Origin: Sulfuritalea sp.
Lineage (GTDB): Bacteria; Pseudomonadota; Gammaproteobacteria; Burkholderiales; Rhodocyclaceae
Assembly: GCA_022842325.1 (NCBI GenBank)
Contig: JALHPU010000001.1
Span: 144,934 to 208,933 of the forward strand
Direction of reading: 5' to 3'
DNA: 64,000 bases
In this document: positions 54,999 to 64,000 of the stretch, in pieces
Layout of the letters: the number at the start of each line of letters is the position of its first letter
Numbering within the stretch: the stretch's first letter is position 1
Position numbers and translations under genes: made by a program
Notes under the pieces: model-generated
Database searches by the model: none
What the model was told of the DNA's origin: nothing
Seen by the model: only the letters and a program-made list of their open reading frames with translations

Positions 54999-55458
54999 GC
55001 TTGATCGCTCCCCTGGCTATTTCATAGCAGGCATCGATATGCGAGTTGCCCAGGTACATCATCGCCGTCACGCTGAGCGCCACCGCAGCGGCCTGCCCGG
55101 CGAAGGGGACGTACTTGAGCACCTGCTTGGTGGCAAGACGTACGCCGACCTTTCGCAGCGCCGCCACGGCAAGCTGCTTGGTGATGGCCCGTCCCGCCAG
55201 GTCGCTGCCCACCTTCTTCAGCATGGCGTAGATCAGCACCTTGTGGCGGGGATCAAGTTCGTCGATCTGCTCGGGAGTCAGTCCGAACTTCTGGTTGATC
55301 GCGGGAATCAATTGCAGCAACAGGCCGACGTCGCCGGCAATGTCCACCCCCGGAATCGGGATCAGCGACATGCCGCCGGAGGTTGCGGCGCGGCGCCTGA
55401 CCATGGTCTTGCAGGATGCGCGAATCCTGTCCAGTTCCGTCAGCGACTTCGGCAGCAT
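54982..55458 (-). CDS. Hypothetical protein (possibly DUF697-like); start taken at MLPKSL
   Basis: ORF only; the longer form would overlap the GFA gene. Confidence 0.35.
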   Translation of the reverse strand: MLPKSLTELDRIRASCKTMVRRRAATSGGMSLIPIPGVDIAGDVGLLLQLIPAINQKFGLTPEQIDELDPRHKVLIYAMLKKVGSDLAGRAITKQLAVAALRKVGVRLATKQVLKYVPFAGQAAAVALSVTAMMYLGNSHIDACYEIARGAIKHEPEA

Positions 55459-55471
55459 CTCGGTCCCGGCC

Positions 55472-55870
55472 CTAGGTCTTGCGCTCGGCGAAGCGCGGAT
55501 AGCGGTCGTTGCAATCCCACCAGGACGCCTTCGAGTCGACGAATATGTGAAATGCATTGTCGCAGACGAAGGGCGTATCGACGGTACCCAGGCGCAGGCG
55601 CTTGAGCTGCGGCAGGTCGTCCTTGGAGGAGTAGATCGGGCTGCCGCAGTTGGCGCAGAACACCCGGGCCTTGTCCGGCGTGGCGCGGAACTCCTTGAGC
55701 AGTTCGGTCCCGGCGATGAACCTGAGCCTGGCCGACTCGACCGGACTCACCGCGGCGAATGCCGAGCCCTGCGCCTTGCGGCATTGAGAGCAATGGCAGA
55801 TCGAGATCTCCTCGATCTCGCCGTCATACTGGTAGCGAATCCCGCCGCACAGACATCCACCTTCGATCAC
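55472..55870 (-). CDS. GFA (glutathione-dependent formaldehyde-activating / CENP-V) family protein
   Basis: GGCLCGGIRY...CHCSQCRK...CANCGSP zinc-binding Cys pattern. Confidence 0.75.
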   Translation of the reverse strand: MIEGGCLCGGIRYQYDGEIEEISICHCSQCRKAQGSAFAAVSPVESARLRFIAGTELLKEFRATPDKARVFCANCGSPIYSSKDDLPQLKRLRLGTVDTPFVCDNAFHIFVDSKASWWDCNDRYPRFAERKT

Positions 55871-55889
55871 GCCCCGCTCCTTTCGCCTG

Positions 55890-56435
55890 TCAGTTGCGGA
55901 TCAGGCGCTGTCCTTCGGCCAGCGCCTTGAGACTGGCCAGTCCCTGCTCGAACTGCGCCCCGACCATCCTGTCCATGCTGAAGAACAGGCCCATAAGCTT
56001 GGACATAAAGCTGTTGGGGCCGTGCATGAGCCAGGTGAACTCGGTGCCGTCGGCGGCTTCCGCCAGTACATACTCGGCGGTGTTGTGCGCCACGAAGGGT
56101 TTGAGGAAATCCAGCTTGATCACCACGCGCGCCGGTTCAACGGCATCGATGATCTCCATGCGCCCCTGCCCGACCTTGCTGTTGCCCAGCCACTCATATA
56201 CCGCGCCCTGCCCGCGCTCCGCACCGGAAAAGCGCTTCTGCATCCCGGGATCCAGCGCGGCCCAGGGCGACCATGCGTCGAACTGGTGGAAATCGCTGAC
56301 CAGCGCAAACAGCGCTTCGCGCGGGACGCCGATGCGCAGCGAGCGCTGCACGCGAAAGCTCGCCGGCCGCATCGCGACGACGATCAACAGGACCGCGACC
56401 AGCAGCAGGACGACAACGAGGATGACTCTCAGCAT
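55890..56435 (-). CDS. SRPBCC-superfamily protein with N-terminal TM anchor
   Basis: Size and pattern typical of polyketide-cyclase/START-like fold. Confidence 0.55.
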   Translation of the reverse strand: MLRVILVVVLLLVAVLLIVVAMRPASFRVQRSLRIGVPREALFALVSDFHQFDAWSPWAALDPGMQKRFSGAERGQGAVYEWLGNSKVGQGRMEIIDAVEPARVVIKLDFLKPFVAHNTAEYVLAEAADGTEFTWLMHGPNSFMSKLMGLFFSMDRMVGAQFEQGLASLKALAEGQRLIRN

Positions 56436-56526
56436 GGGGTTTCCTTTTCACGTGTACGCGCAACACCTTCCGACGCCGCCCGTGGATTCACCGCGCAAGC
56501 GCGCTGCACGGCGCTCAAGAATAGCC

Positions 56527-56856
56527 TCATTTCGGCGGCAGCGTGCCGACGAATCCGGCGCAGGCCTGGATCCAGTCCTGCAGCGCGGCATCCGATTCGA
56601 TGCCCGGCGGATCGACATAGACGTAGCCCTTCATCGGCCGCCCGGTGAAATCCATCGGCCGCACCTGCGGCAGGCGCAGCGCCTCCTCGTAACGCGCCGG
56701 CCCGACACGGGCCATCAGCGTGTCGCCGACGATGCCGACAGCCATGTGTCCGTCCAGCATGAAGGCCACGCCGCCGAACATCTTCCTCTCGCTTACGCCG
56801 ACCCGGTCGCGCAACACGTCGCGAATTCGTTCCGCCAATCCTTCGTCGTATGCCAT
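56527..56856 (-). CDS. TfoX N-terminal-domain protein
   Basis: KMFGGVAFMLDGHM motif. Confidence 0.6.
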   Translation of the reverse strand: MAYDEGLAERIRDVLRDRVGVSERKMFGGVAFMLDGHMAVGIVGDTLMARVGPARYEEALRLPQVRPMDFTGRPMKGYVYVDPPGIESDAALQDWIQACAGFVGTLPPK

Positions 56857-56953
56857 CTAGATCTCCTCCGCTTCGGGACAACAATCGCGTGATTCACCAC
56901 TTGGGCGCCGTACCGCCAGCGCCGACTCTCATTTCGCTGCCGACCCATTGCCA

Positions 56954-58471
56954 CTATGCGCCCAGCCGCTGCCGGACACGCTCCCTCTGCTCCGGCGTCA
57001 TGTGCAAGCCGCATTTACTGCGGCGCCACAGTACGTCATCCGCCGATCGTGCCCACTCGTGGGCACGCATCCATTCCAGCTCGCGTTCGCAGAGTCCGCC
57101 GCCGAAATCCTCGCCCAGATCTGCCGGCCCGCGCGCGTCGCCCAGCAACTCAGGCAGTTCGCTGCCGTGACGGCGCGCCAGCGCATCGCGCAATGGTTGC
57201 TCCAGCCAGGGATAGGGCGGCGCGACCTGCTGCCGGATGAACTGGTCGAGGCCGCCTGCCGGCATCGCGCCGCCGGGCAGGGTCGACTGTTCGGTCCACG
57301 CCGGCCGCGATTCTCCCAGCGCCGCTGCCAGGTGATCGACCACCTGCTCGGCGAGGCGCCGGTAGGTAGTGAGCTTGCCGCCGAACACCGACAGCACGGG
57401 CGCGTGGTCTGCTTGCGCCCGCGGCATGTCGAGGCGCAGGCTGTAGTCGCGCGTGATCGACGCAGGATCGCCCGAGCCGTCGTCGTACAGCGGCCGCACG
57501 CCGGCATAGCGCCATACGGCATCCTGCGGCTGCGGCGCCTGCAGCAGGTAGCGGCCGGCGGCACGGCACAGGTAGGCGGCCTCCTCCGGCGTCACTCGCG
57601 GCTGCAGGGGGTCGCCGGTTTCCAGCACGTCGGTGGTGCCGAGCAGGGTGAAGCGCCCTTCGTAGGGAATCATGAACACCACGCGGCGGTCGTCGTTCTG
57701 CAGGATGAAGGCGTGCTCCCCCTGATACAGCCGCGGCAGCACCAGGTGGCTGCCGCGCACCAGCCGCACCGAATCCGCGGAGGGCACACCGAGGCGCTGA
57801 TTGAGGACATCCTTGACCCAGGGCCCGGCGACGTTGGCGATCGCCCGCGCCTGCAGCATTTCGCCGCCGGCCAGTTGCACCTCCCAGAGGCTGCCGCGGC
57901 GCCGCGCGGCAAGCAGTTCGTTGCGCGGCAGGATGCGGGCGCCGCGCCGGGCGGCATCGCGCGCGTTGGCAATCACCAGCCGGGCGTCGTCGGTACGACA
58001 ATCGGAATAGATGAAGCCGTGCCGATAGCAATCCTGCAGGCCGGCATGAAACGGGCCGCGGTCGAGCCGCACCGACGCCGAGCCCGGCAACAGGGAATCG
58101 GCGTGATGGCCGCCCAGGTGGTCATAGAGAAACAGTCCGGCGCGGATCATCCAGCGCGGCCGCAGCGACGGTACGTGGGGCATGATGAAGCGCGCCGGCC
58201 AGACCAGATGCGGCGCCATGCGCAACAGGGTTTCGCGCTCGGCGAGGGCTTCGGCCACCAGGCGGAAAGCATACTGTTCGAGGTAACGCAGCCCGCCATG
58301 CACCAGCTTCGACGAACATGATGAGGTGGCGCCGGCCAGATCGCCGCGTTCCACCAGGGTGACCGAAAGACCACGGCCGGCGGCATCGCGGGCGATCCCC
58401 GTGCCGTTGATGCCGCCGCCGATGACCAGCAGGTCGATCGGATGGGCGGATGGATGCTGGTCAGGCGCCAT
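56954..58471 (-). CDS. glpD: Aerobic glycerol-3-phosphate dehydrogenase GlpD (FAD)
   Basis: DLLVIGGGINGTGIARDAAGRGL FAD fold, KLVHGGLRYLE; start at MAPDQ... (ATG 58471). Confidence 0.85.
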   Translation of the reverse strand: MAPDQHPSAHPIDLLVIGGGINGTGIARDAAGRGLSVTLVERGDLAGATSSCSSKLVHGGLRYLEQYAFRLVAEALAERETLLRMAPHLVWPARFIMPHVPSLRPRWMIRAGLFLYDHLGGHHADSLLPGSASVRLDRGPFHAGLQDCYRHGFIYSDCRTDDARLVIANARDAARRGARILPRNELLAARRRGSLWEVQLAGGEMLQARAIANVAGPWVKDVLNQRLGVPSADSVRLVRGSHLVLPRLYQGEHAFILQNDDRRVVFMIPYEGRFTLLGTTDVLETGDPLQPRVTPEEAAYLCRAAGRYLLQAPQPQDAVWRYAGVRPLYDDGSGDPASITRDYSLRLDMPRAQADHAPVLSVFGGKLTTYRRLAEQVVDHLAAALGESRPAWTEQSTLPGGAMPAGGLDQFIRQQVAPPYPWLEQPLRDALARRHGSELPELLGDARGPADLGEDFGGGLCERELEWMRAHEWARSADDVLWRRSKCGLHMTPEQRERVRQRLGA

Positions 58472-58659
58472 GGGGCTGCATGTTACGCGCTTGCCGTCCG
58501 CGCGGCGGTGCAACTCCGGCGACGGCAATTCCATGGCCTGGTCATGGTCTCTGGGTTTCGCGCACCATGATGCTGGCCTATTGCGGACGAGGAAATGTAG
58601 AATACTTGCTCCGACCCACACCAGACTCCCGGCATCAACCGGATGCGCGGCTGCCCAAC

Positions 58660-59979
58660 ATGGATGTCATAGGCTGGTTCGTACCGCCGGCTGCCCTGGA
58701 TGATCCGCGCAAGAACACGCGCCATCGGGGCATCGCCAAATCCCTGCTGACCATTTCGCTGGTCGTGTCGCTGATGCTCCTCGGCCTGATCGTCGTGCGT
58801 GAGGCGATGCCGGCCGCGGAGTACGCCCTGTTCGCCGCCGGCATCATTACGCCGGTCTTGGGTGCGCTGCTGATTCGCGCCACCGGCGACATCAGCCTGG
58901 GAATGGTGCTGACCAACATCGGCGGCATTGTGATCATTGGCGTCTGGGCCTTCCTCAGCGGCGGCATCAACTCGATCGCCCTGCCGGGATTCCTCGCCAA
59001 CCTGGCCCTGCAGAGCACCTTCGGCAACACGGCCATTCTGCTGGTGACGGGTGCCTTGCTGGCCGCCGTCCTGGTCTTCCTGTACGCGGCAACGATACTG
59101 GACTGGCTGCCGGTCAACATGATCACCAATGCCGAAATGCCGGGAATGATGCTGACCGCCATGCTCGGCTCGGTCGGCATGGTGGTCCTCGCCGGCGTTA
59201 CCGTGGCGCGCGACCGTTCGACGGTCAAGCGCTTGCTGCGCTCGGCGCAGCACGCTGCCGAGCAATCGAGCCGCGCCAAGACGGTATTCCTGACCTCGGT
59301 CAGCAACGAATTCCGCACCCCGCTGATCGCCATTCGCGAACTCGTCGAAAAGCTGCGTACCGAAAAGGCCAACCCGCTGACCAACGAGCAACTCGCCAGC
59401 GTCGAGCGCATCGCGACCGCCGGCGAGCACCTGCTCGGCCTGGTCACGCAGGTGCTGGACATGAGCCGCATCGAATCCGGCGAACTCCGGCTCAACATGG
59501 AACCGGTACGCTGCACCGACCTGATCCTGCCCTGCCTCGCGCTGGTGGAAATCGAAGCACAAGCCAAGCAGATTCAGCTGATCGACAAAGGCAGTGCCAT
59601 GCCAGGCTGGGTGGTCTGGGCCGACCGCGCCCTGATCAAGAAAGTACTGCTGAACCTGATTTCCAACGCGATCACGTTCAATCGTGCGGGTGGCTCGGTG
59701 ACGGTCTCCTGCGAACGTAAAGGAACCGCCTACCTGCGCATCAGCATCGCCGACACCGGTCCCGGCGTGTCCCCCGAGCGCAGGAACGATTTGTTCGAAC
59801 CCTTCTCCCGGCTTGGTGCCGAATCCGGCAACGTACAAGGCGCCGGCCTCAGTCTGGCGATCTCCAAGCAGCTCATGGACAGGATGCGCGGAAAAATCGG
59901 TTTCGATTCGGTCGAAGGCCTCGGCAGCACCTTCTGGGTCGAACTGCCGCTGGCCGAAACCCACGCCACCCAGGGCTGA
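58660..59979 (+). CDS. Membrane sensor histidine kinase (HisKA and HATPase_c); no adjacent response regulator
   Basis: Six TM helices, H-box VSNEFRTPL, G-boxes; start at MDVIGWF inside ORF 58450..59979. Confidence 0.75.
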   Translation: MDVIGWFVPPAALDDPRKNTRHRGIAKSLLTISLVVSLMLLGLIVVREAMPAAEYALFAAGIITPVLGALLIRATGDISLGMVLTNIGGIVIIGVWAFLSGGINSIALPGFLANLALQSTFGNTAILLVTGALLAAVLVFLYAATILDWLPVNMITNAEMPGMMLTAMLGSVGMVVLAGVTVARDRSTVKRLLRSAQHAAEQSSRAKTVFLTSVSNEFRTPLIAIRELVEKLRTEKANPLTNEQLASVERIATAGEHLLGLVTQVLDMSRIESGELRLNMEPVRCTDLILPCLALVEIEAQAKQIQLIDKGSAMPGWVVWADRALIKKVLLNLISNAITFNRAGGSVTVSCERKGTAYLRISIADTGPGVSPERRNDLFEPFSRLGAESGNVQGAGLSLAISKQLMDRMRGKIGFDSVEGLGSTFWVELPLAETHATQG

Positions 59980-59994
59980 TCGCGATCGCGCCGC

Positions 59995-60741
59995 TCAGCG
60001 GCCGCCGGAAACATCGATGGTCGCCCCCGTCGTATACGAAGCCTGCGCGGACAACAGCCAGAGCACTGCCTCTGCTACTTCCTCCGGATAGCCGCCGCGC
60101 TGCATCGGTACGGCATTCTTGACCCGATCGACGCGCCCCGGCTCGCCGCCGCTGGCATGGATGTCGGTGTAGATCAGTCCGGGCGATACCGCATTGACGC
60201 GGATGCCCTCGGCCGCCACTTCCTTGGCCAGGCCGATGGTCAACGTATCGACCGCCGCCTTGGAGGCCGCGTAGTCGACATATTCACCCGGTGAGCCGAG
60301 CCGCGCAGCGCGCGATGACAGGTTCACGATGGCGCCGCCCTTGCCGCCATGCCGCGTAGACATGCGGCGCACGGCCTCGCGCGCACAGATGAAGCTGCCG
60401 ACCACGTTGGTCGCAAAAACCCGGCCGATCCGTGCCGCATCCATGTCCTCGACACGCGCCTGCCGCTCGAGGATTCCGGCGTTATTGACCAGGGCGGTGA
60501 GGCGTCCCAGCGCCGAATCCGCCTGTTCGAAAAGCCGCACCACCTGCTCCTCGACGGCAACATCGGCCTGCACCGCGATGGCGCGGCCGCCTTTGCCGGT
60601 GATCGAAGCGACCACCTCCTCCGCCGCGGCGTGATTGTTCAGGTAGCTGATGCAGACCGCATAGCCCTGCCCGGCGGCCAGCCGGGCAACGGCCGCGCCG
60701 ATGCCCCTGCCGCCACCGGTAACGATCAGTACGTTTTCCAT
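59995..60741 (-). CDS. SDR-family oxidoreductase
   Basis: TGGGRGIG Rossmann motif, YxxxK; start at MENVLIVTGG (ATG 60741). Confidence 0.8.
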   Translation of the reverse strand: MENVLIVTGGGRGIGAAVARLAAGQGYAVCISYLNNHAAAEEVVASITGKGGRAIAVQADVAVEEQVVRLFEQADSALGRLTALVNNAGILERQARVEDMDAARIGRVFATNVVGSFICAREAVRRMSTRHGGKGGAIVNLSSRAARLGSPGEYVDYAASKAAVDTLTIGLAKEVAAEGIRVNAVSPGLIYTDIHASGGEPGRVDRVKNAVPMQRGGYPEEVAEAVLWLLSAQASYTTGATIDVSGGR

Positions 60742-60887
60742 GTCCTTCCTCCGCACATTTGACGCCAATTTGCCGCGCATGGCGGCGCTTGCGCCATGGT
60801 AGCGGATCGTCGCCACTGCGCCGCACGCCTGCGCCGAGGTGATGGTACTGCTAGACTCGCCACTGGCTTTCGACGGAGTAGAACAAA

Positions 60888-61874
60888 ATGAAATACATCG
60901 ACCACGGCGCGGGCGGCGACGCCGACTGCATGCGGCTGGCCGAAGGTTCGGCGCCACAGCCAGGCCCCGGCCAGATTCTGATCGAAGTGGTCTGCGCCGG
61001 AGTGAACCGGCCCGACCTGCTGCAACGCTCGGGACGCTACCCGCCGCCGCCGGATGCGTCGCCGGTGCTTGGGCTCGAAGTCGCCGGGCGCGTCGCGGCG
61101 CTGGGCGCCGGCGTCACCGAATGGAAAGTCGGCGCTGGCGTCACGGCGCTCACTCCCGGCGGCGGCTATGCCGAGTACTGCGTCGCGGCGGCCAGCCACG
61201 CGCTGCCGATTCCCGCCGGAATGGATTTCGCCACGGCGGCGGCACTGCCGGAAACCTGGTTCACGGTCTGGGCCAACCTGGTCGACCTGGGCCGCCTGAA
61301 GCGCGGCGAGCGGCTGCTGGTGCATGGCGGATCGAGCGGCATCGGCCTGGTCGCGATCCAGTTGGCGAAGCACCTCGGCGTCGAATGCATGGTCACGGTC
61401 GGCAATGACGAGAAGGCTGCGTTCTGCCGCGCCGCCGGTGCGGCGCACGCGATCAATTACCGCACGGCCGACTTCGCCGAAGAAGTGCAACGCATCACGG
61501 ACGGCGCGGGCGTGGACGTAATCCTCGACATGGTCGGCGCGCCCTACCTGCAACGCAACCTGGCCTCGCTGCGGCGCGACGGACGCCTGGTGTATGTGGC
61601 CTTCCTCGAAGGCAGCAAAGGCGAGGCCGACCTGATGCCGATCATGCTCAGGCGGCTGACCATTACCGGCTCGACCATGCGGCCGCGAACGCTGGCCGAG
61701 AAATCCGCAATCCGCGATGCACTGGCTACCAGCATCTGGCCGGCGCTGGCCCGCGGCGAGCTGCTGCCGCATCTGTTCGCCCGCTTTCCGCTGGCGCAGG
61801 CGGCCGAGGCGCACCGTTTGATGGAATCGAGCCGACATATCGGCAAGATCGTGCTGGAGGTAGGAAAACCATGA
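60888..61874 (+). CDS. qor: NAD(P)H:quinone oxidoreductase (MDR/zeta-crystallin family)
   Basis: GSSGIGL cofactor motif and MDR fold. Confidence 0.8.
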   Translation: MKYIDHGAGGDADCMRLAEGSAPQPGPGQILIEVVCAGVNRPDLLQRSGRYPPPPDASPVLGLEVAGRVAALGAGVTEWKVGAGVTALTPGGGYAEYCVAAASHALPIPAGMDFATAAALPETWFTVWANLVDLGRLKRGERLLVHGGSSGIGLVAIQLAKHLGVECMVTVGNDEKAAFCRAAGAAHAINYRTADFAEEVQRITDGAGVDVILDMVGAPYLQRNLASLRRDGRLVYVAFLEGSKGEADLMPIMLRRLTITGSTMRPRTLAEKSAIRDALATSIWPALARGELLPHLFARFPLAQAAEAHRLMESSRHIGKIVLEVGKP

Positions 61875-62542
61875 AGCCGCTGAAAATCGATGTCGTCTCC
61901 GACGTGGTCTGCCCCTGGTGCTTCATCGGCAAGCGCCATCTCGACCGCGCCCTGGAACTGTGGCGCGACGAACAGCCGGACTGCAAAGTGACCATTCATT
62001 GGCGTCCCTTCTTTCTCAACCCTGATACGCCGGAAGCCGGCGAGCCCTATCGACCGTTCCTGGAGAAAAAATTCGGCGGACCGAAACAGCTCGAAGAACT
62101 CTGGCAGCGGGTCAGCGCGGCAGGACGCACGGCAGGTATCGAGTTCGCCTTCGAGAAAATCGAGCTGCGCGCTAATACGCTGAACGCGCATCGCCTGATC
62201 CATCATGCGCAGTCGAAAGTCGGCGCTGACGCGACGGTGACTGCGGCGCTGGTAGAGGCCCTGTTCGCCGCCCAGTTCCTCCAAGGCCGCCATGTCGGGG
62301 ACCGTAGCGTGCTGGCGGACGTGGCGGCTGCCTGCGGCATGGACCGTGCGGCCGTGCTGAGCTACCTGGAAACGAACGAAGATGCCGATGCGGTACGCGG
62401 CGGCGCCAGCGAAGCCCAGCGCATGGGCGTCAGCGGCGTGCCATTCTTCATTTTCAACCAGCGTCTGGCCGCCTCCGGCGCGCAACCGCCCGAGGCCTTG
62501 CTGCAGGTGATGCGTCAGGCCACCAGCGAAGCCGCGGTCTGA
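61871..62542 (+). CDS. DsbA-family thiol oxidoreductase (FrnE / 2-hydroxychromene-2-carboxylate isomerase-like)
   Basis: CPWC active site in MKPLKIDVVSDVVCPWCFIGK. Confidence 0.75.
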   Translation: MKPLKIDVVSDVVCPWCFIGKRHLDRALELWRDEQPDCKVTIHWRPFFLNPDTPEAGEPYRPFLEKKFGGPKQLEELWQRVSAAGRTAGIEFAFEKIELRANTLNAHRLIHHAQSKVGADATVTAALVEALFAAQFLQGRHVGDRSVLADVAAACGMDRAAVLSYLETNEDADAVRGGASEAQRMGVSGVPFFIFNQRLAASGAQPPEALLQVMRQATSEAAV

Positions 62543-62548
62543 ACGCGG

Positions 62549-63220
62549 CTAGCTGCGCCGGGCCTGCCCGGCTGCCTTCTGCTCGACGGCGAAGACAGCG
62601 GCTTCGACGCGCGAGCTGAGGTTCAGCTTGGCCAGGATGTGCTTGACGTGCAGCTTGACAGTGTCATGGCTGATGTCGAGCACGCGGGCGATGGCCTTGT
62701 TCGACAGGCCTTGCGAGAGCTGCTGCAGGATCTCGTGCTCGCGCGCCGTCAGAAGCTTCAGGGTGTCGGCCTTGCTGGCGGTCGCCGTGCCTCCCTGCAG
62801 CAGGTTCACCAGCTTCAGCGTCATCGCCGGCGCCACCACGGTTTCGCCGCGCACCGCGCGCTGCACCGCGTCGACCACGTCCTCCGGCTCCATGTCCTTG
62901 AGCAGGTAACCCTTGGCGCCGGCCTGCAGCGCAGCGGCGAGATCCTCCTCGGCATCGCTGACGGTGAGGATCAGCACCGGGCCGTGCCAGCCGTCGGCCA
63001 CCAGCTGGCGCAACAGGCTGAGGCCGCCGTTGGGCGGCATGTTGAGGTCGGTGATGATGACGTCGGGCCGCGCCTCGGGCAGGATGCGACAGGCATCGTC
63101 GGCGTTGCCGGCAATGCCGGCGACCTTGATCGTGCCGCGCTGCTCCAGCAACTCGGCAAGTCCCTTGCGGAACAGGGTGTGGTCGTCGACCAGCAGAACG
63201 CGGATGGCTTCACTACTCAT
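62549..63220 (-). CDS. NarL/FixJ-family response regulator (REC plus LuxR-type HTH)
   Basis: LLVDDH...D phospho-acceptor, C-terminal LTAREHEILQQLSQGLSNKAIA HTH. Confidence 0.85.
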   Translation of the reverse strand: MSSEAIRVLLVDDHTLFRKGLAELLEQRGTIKVAGIAGNADDACRILPEARPDVIITDLNMPPNGGLSLLRQLVADGWHGPVLILTVSDAEEDLAAALQAGAKGYLLKDMEPEDVVDAVQRAVRGETVVAPAMTLKLVNLLQGGTATASKADTLKLLTAREHEILQQLSQGLSNKAIARVLDISHDTVKLHVKHILAKLNLSSRVEAAVFAVEQKAAGQARRS

Positions 63221-63222
63221 GG

Positions 63223-64000
63223 CTAGACGCCCCCCCCGGGCGGAAAGCTGAGCCTGACCCGAAATCCGCCCTGCGGCAGATTGACCACCTCGAGCCGGCC
63301 GCCGATTTTCTGCGCCCGCTCGCGCATGATGGTCAGGCCGAAATGATCGCGCAAGCCGGGATGCTCCTCAAAGCCGCCGACGCGATTGGCGATGGCGAAG
63401 AAACCCTGACCGCCCTTGCCGTTGTCCTCGACCGTCGCGGTGTAATAATCGCCTGCGGCTTCCAGGACCATGCTGGCCGCGGTCGCGCCGGAATGGCGGG
63501 CGACATTGGCCAGCGCCTCCTGCAGGATGTGAAAGACCTGGCTTTCCTGCTCCGGCGCCAGACGCAAATCGGTCAGGCGGTTGTCGTAGTGCAATGAAAT
63601 CCCGGTTCGCTCCTGGAAGCCGCAAGCCAGGCCCTGCAGGGCGTGTTCCAGCCCCATTGGATCCATGCGGCTGCGAAACTGCACCAGCAGTTCGCGCAGG
63701 TGGCCGTAGGCGTCGTCCAGTGCCTGGCCGACGTCGCCGGCATATTTGGCGGTGCGCTCGAGCGACTGGTCGGCGATCGCATCGTTGAGCATGGCCATGC
63801 GCATTTTCATGTAGGCCAGGGTCTGGGCCAGCGAATCGTGGATTTCCGCCGCCATCATCTGCCGCTCGCTGGTCAGCACGATGCGCAGGTTTTCACGCTT
63901 GAGCCGCGCATTCTCGAGCGCCATGCCGAGGTGTTCGCCGATCGAGCGGAACAGCAGCGCGACCTCCTCGGGCAGTTCGAAGGCCTCGGGCAGAAACAGG
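63223..64000 (-). CDS. NarX-like sensor histidine kinase, C-terminal portion (gene continues beyond the window end)
   Basis: HisKA_3 H-box (EIHDSLAQ) and HATPase domain; no in-frame stop before nt 64000. Confidence 0.75.
   Translation of the reverse strand, partial: LFLPEAFELPEEVALLFRSIGEHLGMALENARLKRENLRIVLTSERQMMAAEIHDSLAQTLAYMKMRMAMLNDAIADQSLERTAKYAGDVGQALDDAYGHLRELLVQFRSRMDPMGLEHALQGLACGFQERTGISLHYDNRLTDLRLAPEQESQVFHILQEALANVARHSGATAASMVLEAAGDYYTATVEDNGKGGQGFFAIANRVGGFEEHPGLRDHFGLTIMRERAQKIGGRLEVVNLPQGGFRVRLSFPPGGGV

Overview
High-GC (about 65-68%) betaproteobacterial chromosomal segment, with gene content resembling a Thiobacillus/Sulfuritalea-like sulfur oxidiser.

Left part (1-13.5 kb): a partial lipoprotein, ycaO, DUF1415, a RIO1-like kinase, dbpA, the phenylacetyl-CoA epoxidase genes paaABCDE on the minus strand, a TauD-like dioxygenase, and a divergent sulfur-trafficking operon. 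That operon holds a DsrC/TusE paralog, a tandem-TusA protein and an orphan Cas6e-like protein.

Centre (13.7-26.9 kb): a complete, tightly packed oxidative-type dsr cluster, dsrABEFHCMKLJOPNR followed by cobA.

Next (27.5-29.2 kb): an nhaP2 K+/H+ antiporter, followed by a roughly 7.6-kb low-GC island (29.2-36.8 kb). The island has 8 co-oriented minus-strand ORFs: a MORN-repeat protein, a flotillin/SPFH protein, a lipoprotein and several unknown membrane proteins. A family of about 70-115-bp imperfect palindromic repeats with attC-like ends (RYYYAAC / GTTRRRY-like) sits exactly at ORF boundaries; five copies were seen, one of them degenerate. This looks like an integrase-less gene-cassette array (CALIN-like). 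A separate ~105-bp direct repeat occurs at 27.1 and 31.1 kb.

Right part (37-64 kb): a GGDEF-EAL sensor, a hemerythrin, ferredoxin-NADP reductase and an unusual rnf operon (rnfB, then a giant 1655-aa PFOR-family gene, then rnfCDGEA plus a small Cys-rich membrane protein). These are followed by housekeeping genes (alpha/beta hydrolase, pentapeptide-repeat protein, GNAT, GFA, SRPBCC, TfoX-N, glpD, an orphan histidine kinase, SDR, qor, DsbA-like) and a NarL/NarX-like two-component pair running off the window end.

REP-like 18-bp palindromes occur in two intergenic regions. No tRNA, rRNA, CRISPR array, transposase or integrase gene was recognised.
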